This document shows positions 31,506-41,494 of a DNA stretch of 64,000 nucleotides, in pieces (the stretch's first letter is position 1; each line of letters starts with the position of its first letter). The DNA lies in contig CAWIIB010000009.1 of the NCBI GenBank assembly GCA_963836075.1, positions 864,001-928,000 of the forward strand, in the 5' to 3' direction. The notes under the pieces were generated by a model. The model ran no database searches. It was not told the DNA's origin and worked only from the letters and a program-made list of their open reading frames with translations. Origin of the DNA: an uncultured Acidobacteriota bacterium. Lineage in GTDB: Bacteria > Acidobacteriota > JAQAZP01. Position numbers and translations under genes: made by a program.

Positions 31506-32150
31506 TTAGTCGCTTCGTTCAAACCGGGCCACCCGGCTGGCCGGGCGCCAGGGGAGGGAAACCTCCTCTTTCAGCCGAAAGTGGGAACCAGACCCCGCCT
31601 CCCGCACGCCGTCAGCGCTGAGAAAGAGGACCAGCCGGTCGGTCCCGGGCATGGATTTCCCCACCACCTCGGTGATTTTGGCCGGTTTCATGGCCGCGCG
31701 GGAGACCACGGTGGGCCAGGCTTCTGCGTTCGCGGGATCGCGGAGCATCTCCTCCAGTCGAAGGCGCTCCACCCTGGCGTTGGGCAGCTCAAGGGCACGG
31801 ATCGCTTCACCGATAAAGACGCTCTTCCGCCGGTCCGGCTCGAGCATCGAGACCTCCAGCCCCTCCCGGGCCGCAGCCAGGGCGATTCCCGGCGCGCCGG
31901 CGCCGGAGCCCACGTCGAGCAGCGGCTGCCCTGCCGGCAGCTGGAGGAAACGCAGGGCCAGCAACGGTTCGATGGCCATCTTCAGCGTCATCAGCCGGTC
32001 ATCGCGCTCGGCGGTGAGGCCGGCGGCGCGGCGGAAACGCCGCACCATGGCGCAGTAGCTGGCCAGCCGGCCGGCCAGCTCCTGGCTGTGGGGCAGTCCG
32101 GCCAGCGCCAGACCTTCCTCCACCAGTGGGAGAAATTGTGATCCGCTCAT
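31506..32150 (-). CDS. rsmG: 16S rRNA m7G527 methyltransferase (GidB)
   Basis: LDVGSGAGAPGI, VVSRA; located between mnmG and parA. Confidence 0.88.
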   Translation of the reverse strand: MSGSQFLPLVEEGLALAGLPHSQELAGRLASYCAMVRRFRRAAGLTAERDDRLMTLKMAIEPLLALRFLQLPAGQPLLDVGSGAGAPGIALAAAREGLEVSMLEPDRRKSVFIGEAIRALELPNARVERLRLEEMLRDPANAEAWPTVVSRAAMKPAKITEVVGKSMPGTDRLVLFLSADGVREAGSGSHFRLKEEVSLPWRPASRVARFERSD

Positions 32151-34024
32151 TCCCGATCCCCCTGCTTCAGGTGGACCCGGATGGCCACCAGGTCCGCCGG
32201 GGTGACCCCGGGGATCCGGCCGGCCATGCCGTAGGTCTCCGGACGCAGCCGGTCCAGCTTCTCCGCCGCCTCCCGCTTGAGGCTGGGGACCCCGCGGTAA
32301 TCGAGGTCCTCGGGAAGCCGCCGTCCCTCCATCCGGGCCGCCTTCTCGGCTTCGCGGGTTTCCCGCTCGATATAGCCTTCATACTTGATGGCGTAGTAGA
32401 GGCGGCGCCGCTCCCCGCGGTTGAGGCCGTCCAGCGCCTCCACATCCAGCGGCGAGGTCTCTCCGTCGAGGAATGCCCCCGGCCGGCGCAGCAGCTCCTC
32501 GAGACTGGTGGGCCGCGAGGGCCGGAACCCGTAAGCCGCTTCCACCTTACCGGCCATCGGGCTCTCCGGCTTGACCACCAGTGCGCGCAGGCGGATGCGG
32601 GCCCCGTCCACCCGGGCCTCGCTCTCCTCGAATCGCTGCAGCCGCTCTCCGGAAACCAGCCCCAGCCGGGCCCCGTGGCGCAGCAGCCGCTGCTCGGCGG
32701 TATCGATCCCCAGCAGCAGCCGGTGTTCGGCCCGGGAGGTGAACATGCGATACGGCTCGGCGGTGCCCAGGGTCACAAGGTCGTCCACCAGCACCCCGAC
32801 GTATGCCTCGGCACGACCCAGCACCAGCGGTTCCCTTCCTTGCCCCAGCCCCAGCACGGCATTGACCCCGGCCACCAGGCCCTGGGCCGCCGCCTCCTCG
32901 TAGCCCGAGGTGCCGTTGACCTGGCCGGCATGGTAGAGCCCGCGTACCGCACGGGTTTCCAGCGAGGGGCGCAGCTGCTCCGGGGGGACGAAATCATACT
33001 CGATGGCGTAGCCCGGCCGGAGCATCTCGGCCCGCTCCAGCCCGGGAATGGCGCGGACCATCTCCTGCTGGACCTCCTCGGGCATGGAGTTGGAGAGGCC
33101 GTTGAGGTAGATGCTGCGGCTTTCCGGACCTTCGGGTTCCAGCACCAGCTGGTGCTCGTCCTTGTGGGCGAAACGGACCACCTTGTCCTCGATGGAGGGG
33201 CAGTAGCGGGGCCCCACCCCGGTGATGGCCCCGCCGTATAGCGCCGACCGGTCGAGGTTCTGCTGGACGATCTCCTTCAGCCGCGGGCCGGTGAACCCCA
33301 TGTGACAGGAGATGATGTTCGGCCCGGTGTGCGCGGTTTCAAAGGAAAAGGGAACCGCATCGTCCTCCCCGGGCTGCTCGTCAAAGACGGAGAAGTCGAT
33401 GGTGCCGGCGTCCAGACGGGGCGGGGTCCCGGTTTTCAGGCGGCCCAGTCGAAAGCCCAGGCGGCGCAGGGATTGGGAGAGCGCGGCTGCCGGGGGCTCG
33501 CCGTCCCGCCCGGCGGGGAGGGTGCGCCGGCCCATGTGGATCAGGCCGCCCAGAAAGGTGCCCGCGGCCAGGACCACGGCGGCAGCGGCAAACCGGCGGC
33601 CGTCGGCGGTGAGCACCGCGTCCACGCGCCCGTCCCGCGTGCCGATCTCCACTGCCTCGCCCTCGGCCAGGTCGAGCCCCTCCCGGGACTGCAGCCGCTC
33701 CAGCATCAGGCGGGCGTAAAGCGCCTTGTCCTCCTGGGCCCGGGTGGCCTGGACCGCCGGCCCCTTGCTGCTGTTCAGGGTGCGGAAGTGAATCCCGGCC
33801 GCATCGGACAGCTTTGCCATCACACCGCCAAGGGCATCGATTTCGCGAACCAGGTGTCCCTTGGCCAGCCCGCCCACCGAGGGGTTGCAGGGCATGGCGG
33901 CGACCTTGTCCCTGCTCATGCTCAGCAGCAGTGTCCGGGCGCCCATGCCGGCGGCGGCCAGAGCGGCCTCGCAACCGGCGTGCCCACCGCCCACCACCAG
34001 CACGTCATACCGATCAATGCCCAT
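32147..34024 (-). CDS. mnmG: tRNA U34 carboxymethylaminomethyl modification enzyme (GidA)
   Basis: GGGHAGCEAA, GPRYCPSIEDK, TSGYEEAAAQG, SRAEHRL. Confidence 0.98.
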   Translation of the reverse strand: MGIDRYDVLVVGGGHAGCEAALAAAGMGARTLLLSMSRDKVAAMPCNPSVGGLAKGHLVREIDALGGVMAKLSDAAGIHFRTLNSSKGPAVQATRAQEDKALYARLMLERLQSREGLDLAEGEAVEIGTRDGRVDAVLTADGRRFAAAAVVLAAGTFLGGLIHMGRRTLPAGRDGEPPAAALSQSLRRLGFRLGRLKTGTPPRLDAGTIDFSVFDEQPGEDDAVPFSFETAHTGPNIISCHMGFTGPRLKEIVQQNLDRSALYGGAITGVGPRYCPSIEDKVVRFAHKDEHQLVLEPEGPESRSIYLNGLSNSMPEEVQQEMVRAIPGLERAEMLRPGYAIEYDFVPPEQLRPSLETRAVRGLYHAGQVNGTSGYEEAAAQGLVAGVNAVLGLGQGREPLVLGRAEAYVGVLVDDLVTLGTAEPYRMFTSRAEHRLLLGIDTAEQRLLRHGARLGLVSGERLQRFEESEARVDGARIRLRALVVKPESPMAGKVEAAYGFRPSRPTSLEELLRRPGAFLDGETSPLDVEALDGLNRGERRRLYYAIKYEGYIERETREAEKAARMEGRRLPEDLDYRGVPSLKREAAEKLDRLRPETYGMAGRIPGVTPADLVAIRVHLKQGDRE

Positions 34025-34050
34025 CCGCCTTCACACTCTTCTTCCAATCA

Positions 34051-34218
34051 GGTCGGGTCGTGTTGCTCCTGAGCGACGTTGGAGCGCTTCGCGACCGGAG
34101 CGAAGAGCAACATCGCCTGCCCCCTCTTGCTTTCCTCCCCCACTCAGGTCAGGTCGTGTTGCTCCTGAGCGACGTTGGAGCGCTTCGCGACCGGAGCGAA
34201 GAGCAACACGACCTGACC
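34051..34218. repeat. Two tandem copies (96-bp period) of a 72-bp palindromic REP-like unit
   Basis: Copy 2 (34147-34218) has perfect 18-bp arms GGTCAGGTCGTGTTGCTC/GAGCAACACGACCTGACC; copy 1 (34051-34122) has the same core with decayed arms. Confidence 0.9.
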
Positions 34219-34221
34219 CCC

Positions 34222-35619
34222 TTACTTTCCGATACAGAACCGGTCGAAGATTCGCCGCAGCAGCCGGTCGGGGAGCGTGCGCCCGGAAAAGCTGTCCAGG
34301 GCCTCCAGCGCCCGCCGCAGGTGGTGGGCCGCCAGTTCCTCACCCTCACCGCCCTCCAGGCCGCGCCGGGCAAGGGCCAGGTCCTTCCGTGCCGCGTCCA
34401 GCACTTTCCGCTGGCGAAGGTTGATCATGAACCCGCCGCCCTCACCCGCGGTCCGCCCCCAGACCTCGTCCACCCGGGCTGCCAAGCTCCGCTCCAGTTC
34501 CCGGAAACCGCGACCGGTCTTTGCCGAGAGCGGGATGACGTTCTCCAGGCCCAGCTGCCGCAGCCGCTCCCGGTGCGGCTCAGGCGGCGCCAGATCGACC
34601 TTGTTCAGCAACACCAACCCTTCCCGGGCCCGCGGTCCGCGGCAGAGCTCCCGGTCCCGCCGGGTGAACGGCCGCGAGGCGTCCACCACCAACAGCAGGA
34701 CCTCGGCCCGGGCCAGGGCCTGGCGGCTTTTACGCATCCCGGCCCGTTCCGCCTCGCTGCGCGGCGTGGAGAGCCCGGCGGTGTCGAAGAGCCTCACCCG
34801 TATCGGCCCGGCATGGTATTGCGCCTCGAGCAGGTCCCTTGTGGTTCCGGGTGCGGCGGTGACAATGGCCTGGTTTTTTCTCAGCAACCTGTTGAAAACA
34901 CTAGACTTGCCGGCGTTGGCCCGGCCGGCCAGAGTCACCCGGACCCCCTCGCGGAGCAGACGGCCCCGCTGAAACTCCCGGCTCATCCCGGCCAGCTGCT
35001 GTTCAAGGCCGCCCAGGCGATCGGAGGTGGCGGCCCCCGGCTCTTCCGGTCCCAGCTCCTCGGGAAACTCGATGGCCGCCTCCAGCAGGGCCAGCCGTTC
35101 TTCCAGCTGTTCGCGAAGTGTTGCTATGATCCGCGAGGGCTTGCCTTCCAGGGTGGCCATGGCGTTGAGCGCCTCTCCGAGACTGTCGGAGCGGATCAGG
35201 GCATCCACCGCCTCGGCCTGGGCCAGGTCGAGCTTGGAGTTGAGGTGGGCGCGCAGCGAAAACTCGCCGGGGTCGGCGGGCCGCGCACCCAGGGTGGCCG
35301 CCTCCTCGGCCAGCCGGGCCAGAACCGCCGGGCTGCCATGGCAGGTCAGCTCGGCCATCTGCTGGCCGGTGTAGCTCTTCGGGGCCGCAAAAAAGAGCAC
35401 CACCACCTGGTCCAGTTCCAGGGCCCCGCCGTCCAGCACCGCCCGGCCGAAGTATGCACGCCAGGGCTGCGGCCGGAAACGCCGGCCAGCGGGGAAACGG
35501 ACCAGCCGGCGGCAGATGTCCCACGACTCACTGCCGCTGAACCGTACCACCCCCAGGGCGCCGTGGCCCGGCGGCGTGGCCACCGCTACGATAGTGTCCT
35601 GTTCGTCAATCGGCTTCAT
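34222..35619 (-). CDS. mnmE: tRNA modification GTPase
   Basis: DTIVAVATP, GRANAGKSS, GTTRD, DTAG, NKVD, FCIGK. Confidence 0.97.
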   Translation of the reverse strand: MKPIDEQDTIVAVATPPGHGALGVVRFSGSESWDICRRLVRFPAGRRFRPQPWRAYFGRAVLDGGALELDQVVVLFFAAPKSYTGQQMAELTCHGSPAVLARLAEEAATLGARPADPGEFSLRAHLNSKLDLAQAEAVDALIRSDSLGEALNAMATLEGKPSRIIATLREQLEERLALLEAAIEFPEELGPEEPGAATSDRLGGLEQQLAGMSREFQRGRLLREGVRVTLAGRANAGKSSVFNRLLRKNQAIVTAAPGTTRDLLEAQYHAGPIRVRLFDTAGLSTPRSEAERAGMRKSRQALARAEVLLLVVDASRPFTRRDRELCRGPRAREGLVLLNKVDLAPPEPHRERLRQLGLENVIPLSAKTGRGFRELERSLAARVDEVWGRTAGEGGGFMINLRQRKVLDAARKDLALARRGLEGGEGEELAAHHLRRALEALDSFSGRTLPDRLLRRIFDRFCIGK

Positions 35620-35744
35620 GGCGTTAATCTGAACGAATTGCCGGTCGCGGTCAAGCGGAGACCGGCGCCCGCTTAACCCGGCGTACGCAAAAGAGCCGAC
35701 CCCCAGGGGCCGGCTCCCGTGCTCCGATGGGTTGCAGGGCGGTT

Positions 35745-36650
35745 TCAGATCCGGGTGACCCGGATCTTCTTCATGTACCCTTCGCCAAGGCTTACGGTGG
35801 TCACCAGGTCGTCATCCACCAGCGCCAGGTGGACGATGCGCCGCTCGTAGGGATTCATCGGGTTGAGGAACGCGTCATCTCCGTTCTTCTTCACCCGGTC
35901 GGCCGTGCGGTTGGCGATTTCCTTCAGCTCGTTCTCCCGGCGCAGCCGGTAGCCCTGGCAGTCCACCTGGAGCTTGCGGCGGATCAGGCCGCGTTTGTAG
36001 AGCATCTTGCCCAGGATCAACTGCAGCGAGAGCAGGGCGGCCCCCTTCTTCTCCAGCAGGTAGTCCTGGTCCTCGCCGAAGAAGTTGATCTCCAGCCGGT
36101 CGTCGCTGGCGTCGACCTCCATCTCCAGGTTCATGCCCCAGCTGTCGATGAAGTCATCCACCAGGTCCATGATGCGGTCCAGTTCATCATCACCGCTGTC
36201 GACGGGGCGCTCCTCCCGACGGGCGGGCGGCTCCTGGCGCAGCTGTGGTTCCGGGCGCTGCTGCGGCTCCGGGCGTTGCTGCGGTTCCGGGCGTTGCTGC
36301 GGCTCCGGGCGCTGCTGCGGCTCCGGGCGCTGTTGCGGTTCCGGGCGCTGTTGCGGTTCCGGGCGCTGTTGCGGCTCCGGGCGCCGCTGCGGTTCCGGGT
36401 GCCGCTGCTGAGCGGGACGCCTGGCCGGCGATGGCGCTTCGGCCGCGGCTTCCACCGGCGCACCGCCGGCGGCCGGGGTGTACTTGAGCACCCGGATGCG
36501 GTATTCCTTTGAACCGCCCATGAAGAAGAAGCGCTTGGGGGTCTCGAGCAGCTTGTACTCGATGCTCTTTTCGTTGGCTGCCAGCTCCTGGGCAGCCAGC
36601 TCAAGCGCCTCCTCGATGGTCTTCCCGGCAAACTCGTGCTGGTCGGTCAT
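35745..36650 (-). CDS. jag: Jag/EloR/KhpB RNA-binding protein (Jag_N, KH, R3H)
   Basis: GKTIEEAL; PMNPYERRIVH R3H motif; downstream of yidC. Confidence 0.92.
   Translation of the reverse strand: MTDQHEFAGKTIEEALELAAQELAANEKSIEYKLLETPKRFFFMGGSKEYRIRVLKYTPAAGGAPVEAAAEAPSPARRPAQQRHPEPQRRPEPQQRPEPQQRPEPQQRPEPQQRPEPQQRPEPQQRPEPQQRPEPQLRQEPPARREERPVDSGDDELDRIMDLVDDFIDSWGMNLEMEVDASDDRLEINFFGEDQDYLLEKKGAALLSLQLILGKMLYKRGLIRRKLQVDCQGYRLRRENELKEIANRTADRVKKNGDDAFLNPMNPYERRIVHLALVDDDLVTTVSLGEGYMKKIRVTRI
36237..36398 (-). repeat. Nine 18-bp coding tandem repeats (PEPQQR) in the Jag linker
   Basis: PEPQRR + 7x PEPQQR + PEPQLR. Confidence 0.95.
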
Positions 36651-38548
36651 TTTTTCTTCCTCGGCTTGGTCGCCACGGTCTTCGCTGATTTCTCCTTCTT
36701 CCCGGCAAGAGCCGCAGCCGGCTGGTCCTTCTGCCGGTTGATGTACAACTGCTGGAAGATGGACAGCACGTTGTTCACCAGCCAGTAGAGCACCAGTCCG
36801 CTGGGAAGGTTGATGAAGAAAACGGTGAAGATCAGTGGCATCAATGTAAACATCCGTCTCTGGGTGGGATCGACGGATGCCATCGGAGTCAGTTTTTGCT
36901 GGAGGAACATGGTGGCCCCCATGACAATGGGGGTCACGTAGAAGGGATCCTTGAGCGAGAGGTCCTGGATCCAGAAGATGAAGGGGGCCTGGCGCAGCTC
37001 GATGGCCACGGGCAGGAAGCTGTAGAAGGCATAGAGCACCGGCAGCTGCAGCAGGAGCGGGAAGCAGCCGCCCAGCGGGTTGACCCCCTCTTTCTTGTAG
37101 AGGGCCATCACCTCCTCGTTCATTTTCTGCCGGTCCTTCATGTCCCCCTTGGGCTTCTTGTACTTGGCCTGGATCGCCTTCATCTGCGGCTGCACCGACT
37201 GCATCTTCTTCATCGAAGAAAGCTGCTTGTGGGTCAGCGGGAGGAAAAGGATCTTGATGATGATGGTCAGGATGATGATGGCAAAGCCGTAGTTGCCCAG
37301 GACGTCGTAAATGGCGTTGAGCAACCAGAGCAGCGGCCGGCCGATGAATCCGAAGAAACCGAAGTCGATGATCTCGTTCGGGTTCAGTCCGCCGGCACGG
37401 AGGGCATCCTCCTCCTTGGGCCCCACATAGAGGTCGAAGCGCGGGCTCTCCACGCTGACCGTGGTGGAAACGGCGAGCTGGATCTCGGGCTGGGTGGCTT
37501 TTTTCTCCTCGTCCTCCGCCGCCGGCACCTCCACGCTGAAGCGGTGGATGCGGGCCGGGCCCGGCGCGGCTTCGGGGACCATGGCGAAGACGAAGTAGTT
37601 GTCTTCGATGCCGATCCAGCGCACCCGGCTCTCCACCAGCAGCGTGTCGCCCTGGCGGAGGTAGGGCAGCCGCTTGCGGATAAAGCCGAGCAGATACCCC
37701 GATTCGTCCCCGCTCTTGGCCACGTCACGGTCGGCCACCCGCTCAATTTTTGTGGAGCCTCCCGGTGGGGCCGTCTCCAGCAGGACACGGCCGAAGAAGA
37801 GGTACCGGTTCTTCGCTTCTTCCTTCGAAGGGTTGCCCATCCCCGGCCCCAGCAGGATCTCGTATTCCTGAGGGATGCCCTGGTCCTTGACCTGGCAGCT
37901 GAACCCCACGTGGTAGTTGTCGCGGTAGAAGACGAACTCCTTGGCCACCTCGAGGCCGCGGCCGTCGGCGTAGACCAGCCGCAGCGTGTCGGCCACATCG
38001 CCGGCAAAGGTATCGGTGAGCCCCGGGTCCACGGGGGCCGACCGCTCCACCTGCCAGAGAGCCGAGTTGATCCGGGCCGAGGTCTCCGGCCCGCCGTAGG
38101 AGATCTCCAGGGGCAGGTGGCCCAGGGTGTGGGCATTTGCCGACACCAGTTCCAGGGAATCCCCGTTGCCGCCATTAAAAGACTTGAGGGTCCAGCTCTT
38201 GACCCGGCCGCCGGCATTGGTCAGCTCCACCCGATACAGGCCGTCTTCGATCACCACCGCCTGTTCGGCCGCGGCAACCACCTGCGGCCAGGATTGCTGA
38301 TCGGCGACGGCCGCCGGTTCCTGTTCCGCCGTTGCGGGTTCCGCCGCGGGCTCCGCGGCGGGCTCCGCCGCACTCTCGGTCACCGGCGGCATCGCGGCGG
38401 CACGCTCGGCGGCGGCGGCCTCCAGCAGCGCCTGTTCCGCAACGGCCTGCTCGCGCAACAGTTCCTGCTTTGGCGCTACGACGAAGTGGTTCCAGAGGAG
38501 AATGACCAGGATCGAGAGGACGATGACGACGATCGTGCGTTTTTCCAT
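36647..38548 (-). CDS. yidC: Membrane protein insertase
   Basis: GNYGFAIIILTIIIK, GVNPLGGCFP, PSGLVLYW; large periplasmic domain. Confidence 0.97.
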   Translation of the reverse strand: MEKRTIVVIVLSILVILLWNHFVVAPKQELLREQAVAEQALLEAAAAERAAAMPPVTESAAEPAAEPAAEPATAEQEPAAVADQQSWPQVVAAAEQAVVIEDGLYRVELTNAGGRVKSWTLKSFNGGNGDSLELVSANAHTLGHLPLEISYGGPETSARINSALWQVERSAPVDPGLTDTFAGDVADTLRLVYADGRGLEVAKEFVFYRDNYHVGFSCQVKDQGIPQEYEILLGPGMGNPSKEEAKNRYLFFGRVLLETAPPGGSTKIERVADRDVAKSGDESGYLLGFIRKRLPYLRQGDTLLVESRVRWIGIEDNYFVFAMVPEAAPGPARIHRFSVEVPAAEDEEKKATQPEIQLAVSTTVSVESPRFDLYVGPKEEDALRAGGLNPNEIIDFGFFGFIGRPLLWLLNAIYDVLGNYGFAIIILTIIIKILFLPLTHKQLSSMKKMQSVQPQMKAIQAKYKKPKGDMKDRQKMNEEVMALYKKEGVNPLGGCFPLLLQLPVLYAFYSFLPVAIELRQAPFIFWIQDLSLKDPFYVTPIVMGATMFLQQKLTPMASVDPTQRRMFTLMPLIFTVFFINLPSGLVLYWLVNNVLSIFQQLYINRQKDQPAAALAGKKEKSAKTVATKPRKKK

Positions 38549-38573
38549 GGGATGAGCTACCGTAAAATTACCT

Positions 38574-38822
38574 TCACGCGGGCGGGGGATCGAAGCCCCC
38601 GGGATGGAAGGGGTGGCACTTGAGCAGCCGCTTCAGGGCCAGGAGGCCGCCGGCCAGTACACCCTTCCGGTCAATTACCGCCCGGGCATACTCCGAGCAG
38701 GTAGGATGAAAGCGGCAACTTGGGGGAAGAAGGGGTGAGAGCGTCAGCTTGTACAGCTTGAGTAGAGCGCAAACGCCAATCCTCGGAATGAGGATCAGCC
38801 TGAATCTCGTGTTTCGCTGCAC
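38574..38822 (-). CDS. yidD: Membrane protein insertion efficiency factor
   Basis: [27 protein letters not shown]. Confidence 0.95.
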   Translation of the reverse strand: MQRNTRFRLILIPRIGVCALLKLYKLTLSPLLPPSCRFHPTCSEYARAVIDRKGVLAGGLLALKRLLKCHPFHPGGFDPPPA

Positions 38823-39268
38823 TGGTTCCGGGTGTTGCGAGCCGGATCACGATCCGGCTTCTCGTGCCCTTGCCTTCCGTAAAATCTGTTCAGCCGCCTG
38901 ATGACGATACGAAATTCGTCCTCCAGTGTTCTGAGGTCCACATCCCTGATGCTCTTCTTGGCATTGACCACCAGGTCCAGGGGTTGGGCCAGCGCGAGGC
39001 GGTTTTTTCTGAATACCTCGCGCAGCAACCGCTTGGCCCGGTTGCGAACCACGGCATTGCCAATTTTCCTGGAGACGGTCAGGCCGATCCGGGAACGGTC
39101 CCCCTCCGCCACAGCATGATAGACCACCATGGTGCGGGAGAAGAGCGCGTTCTTTTCCCCGTAGATCTGCTTGTAGCGGCGGCCCCTGGTGATCCGGTCT
39201 TCAGGCCGGAATGACTGGATGCCTCTTTTGCTCAAGGGGTTCCCGTCCCGGGGTGTGAAGACCCTCAT
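38795..39268 (-). CDS. rnpA: Ribonuclease P protein component
   Basis: [25 protein letters not shown]; start uncertain. Confidence 0.93.
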   Translation of the reverse strand: MRVFTPRDGNPLSKRGIQSFRPEDRITRGRRYKQIYGEKNALFSRTMVVYHAVAEGDRSRIGLTVSRKIGNAVVRNRAKRLLREVFRKNRLALAQPLDLVVNAKKSIRDVDLRTLEDEFRIVIRRLNRFYGRQGHEKPDRDPARNTRNQCSETRDSG

Positions 39269-39323
39269 GGCCGCTGTTCGGAGGGGACCGATGCGAATCG
39301 GAGAGCTCGGGGCCGAGGGCGCC

Positions 39324-39458
39324 CTAAACAGCCAGCCGTTTGCGCTTTTTTGCCCGGCGACGGTTGATGATCGTCCGGCCGCCCTTGGTCCTCATCCGCA
39401 CCAGAAACCCGTGAGTCTTTTTCCGCTTCCGGTTGTTTGGTTGAAAAGTTCTCTTCAT
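39324..39458 (-). CDS. rpmH: 50S ribosomal protein L34 (not in ORF track)
   Basis: Translates [44 protein letters not shown]. Confidence 0.97.
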   Translation of the reverse strand: MKRTFQPNNRKRKKTHGFLVRMRTKGGRTIINRRRAKKRKRLAV

Positions 39459-39599
39459 AATCCTTACCTTTCTATCCAATCAAAAATCGAACTTGGTATT
39501 GTAGGGAGGGCACCAGGCCTTGTCAAGAAAACCAGCCCGCTCTTTTAAGGGCCTGTCTTCGCTTTTTTTTCGCTGCCCGCCGTGCGGCAACGGGGCCCG

Positions 39600-39800
39600 G
39601 GAGAGGGTCGATTTAATTGATAAAACGCTTGCCCTGTGCTAGAATGCATCAGTTTTAAGGGCTCAAAAGTTGCAAATTCTACCCTTCTTTCCAAGACCAT
39701 AATTATAAGAACAAGTGTATCATTTAAAAGAATTTGCTCTTTTTTTCCACAGGATATAAACAGTTGTTGACTACTTGTGGAAAAAGAATTCAAGTGGCAT
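39600..39800. other. AT-rich dnaA promoter / oriC upstream part with DnaA boxes
   Basis: TTTTCCACA at 39743-39751 and TGTGGAAAA at 39776-39784; AT-rich. Confidence 0.65.
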
Positions 39801-39882
39801 TCAACCGAACGTGAACCGTGACGGTTCGAGGATCCCCGCCGGAGAGTCCTCGGAACCGCCGACAAAAGGCCGGACCCCCATC

Positions 39883-41208
39883 ATGAACCTCTGGGAAAAT
39901 ATTCTCCTGGCCCTCGAAAAGAGGGTCAACCGGCACAGTCTCGACATGTGGTTCCGGAAAATCGAGGCCGTTCCCGGTGACGATAACACGCTGACCCTCC
40001 GCGTGCCGAACAATTTCTGGCGCGACATCATCTCTTCACAATACCGTCGCAGCCTCGACGAGGCCCTGGAGGAGATGAGCCTCGGTCACCTGAAAATCCT
40101 CTTCGAGGTCACCAACGGCGACGCCGAAAAGTCGGCTGAGCAGAACAGACAGCGCAGCGATGGCGAATATTTCTCCGCCGCCACCAGGCTCTCCGGTTCG
40201 ATCAACCCACGCTACACCTTCGACAGTTTCGTGGTCGGTTCCTGCAACCAGTTCGCCAATGCCGCCGGGCGGGCGGTGGCCGAGACGCCCTCCCGCTGTT
40301 ACAACCCGCTCTTTGTCTATGGCGGGACGGGCCTGGGCAAGACGCACCTTATCCACTCCATCGGCAACACGATCCTCGGCAAGTTTCCCGAACACCGGCT
40401 GATCTACATCTCCGCCGAGAAATTCATGAACGAGATGATCAACGCCATCCGCTTCAAAAAGACCGGTGACTTCCAGCGCAAATACCGCACCATCGATGTG
40501 CTGCTCATCGACGACATCCAGTTCCTGGCCGGAAAGGAAATGACCCAGGTGGAGTTTTTCCACACGTTCAACGACCTCTACAACTCGCAAAAGCAGATCG
40601 TGATGACCAGCGACTCGGCGCCCAAGGAAATCCCCAAACTGGAAGAGCGGCTCCGTTCGCGGTTCGAGTGGGGCCTCATCGCCGACATCCAGCCGCCCGA
40701 CCTGGAAACCAAGGTGGCGATCCTGCGCAAGAAAGCCGAACTGGAGGGCATCGACCTGCCGATGGACGTGGCGCTGTTCATCGCCAGCAAAATCCGTTCG
40801 AACATCCGCGAGCTGGAAGGGTCACTGATCCGGGTCATCGCCTTTGCCTCACTCACCGGCAGCAGAATAGATCTCGACCTGGCCCAGGAGACGTTGAAGA
40901 ATCTCTTCCGCGAAAACCGCAAGGTCGTCTCCATCGAAGTGATTCAGGAGATGGTGGCCGAGTTCTACAATCTCAAGCCGGCCGTGCTGAAGACGAAGAA
41001 CAACTCGCGCTGTGTGTCCTTTCCGCGGCAGATCGCGATGTATTTGAGCAAGCAGTTGACCAGCGCGTCGTTTCCGGAAATCGGGCGCAACTTCGGCGGC
41101 AAGCACCACTCCACCGTGATGCACTCGATCAAGAAAATCGAAAAGATGCGCAAGGACGATCCGGATTTCAACAAGCAGATTAACAGCTTTATTAACGCTC
41201 TGAACTGA
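39883..41208 (+). CDS. dnaA: Chromosomal replication initiator
   Basis: YTFDSFVVG, YNPLFVYGGTGLGKTHL, LLIDDIQFL, GKHHSTV; likely start MNLWE at 39883. Confidence 0.98.
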   Translation: MNLWENILLALEKRVNRHSLDMWFRKIEAVPGDDNTLTLRVPNNFWRDIISSQYRRSLDEALEEMSLGHLKILFEVTNGDAEKSAEQNRQRSDGEYFSAATRLSGSINPRYTFDSFVVGSCNQFANAAGRAVAETPSRCYNPLFVYGGTGLGKTHLIHSIGNTILGKFPEHRLIYISAEKFMNEMINAIRFKKTGDFQRKYRTIDVLLIDDIQFLAGKEMTQVEFFHTFNDLYNSQKQIVMTSDSAPKEIPKLEERLRSRFEWGLIADIQPPDLETKVAILRKKAELEGIDLPMDVALFIASKIRSNIRELEGSLIRVIAFASLTGSRIDLDLAQETLKNLFRENRKVVSIEVIQEMVAEFYNLKPAVLKTKNNSRCVSFPRQIAMYLSKQLTSASFPEIGRNFGGKHHSTVMHSIKKIEKMRKDDPDFNKQINSFINALN

Positions 41209-41214
41209 ACTTGC

Positions 41215-41440
41215 TCGTTTTTTCGACAGCGGCCCTCGAGAAATCCTGCGGAAAACGGACACCGGAAAGGGCCATCCGGTTTTTCAGTGCTTTTTCAGCG
41301 GTTCCGCCCCGGGTCTTCAACAGGGTGTGACCGGTTGCCAAATAATTGAAAAATTATCGTTCTTTTGATATTTTGCACATTACTAACAGCTTCTACGAAA
41401 GCTACTAATAGAGATTTGTTTCTATTGATCCTTATAGTCG
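41215..41440. other. oriC: oriC unwinding region between dnaA and dnaN
   Basis: DnaA-box-like 9-mers (TTTTCGACA 41220, TGCGGAAAA 41247, TTTTGCACA 41371, TTACTAACA 41380) followed by CTA-trinucleotide-rich AT-rich sequence. Confidence 0.65.
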
Positions 41441-41494
41441 AAGAAGAAGACTGCAGGATCAGGGGAAGGTCCTCCGTCGCCAAGGAGTGGTTTC

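Noticed and set aside
34051-34218. Possible mini CRISPR array
   Set aside because: Only two 72-bp units with a ~24-bp gap and no cas genes; fits a REP-like doublet better.
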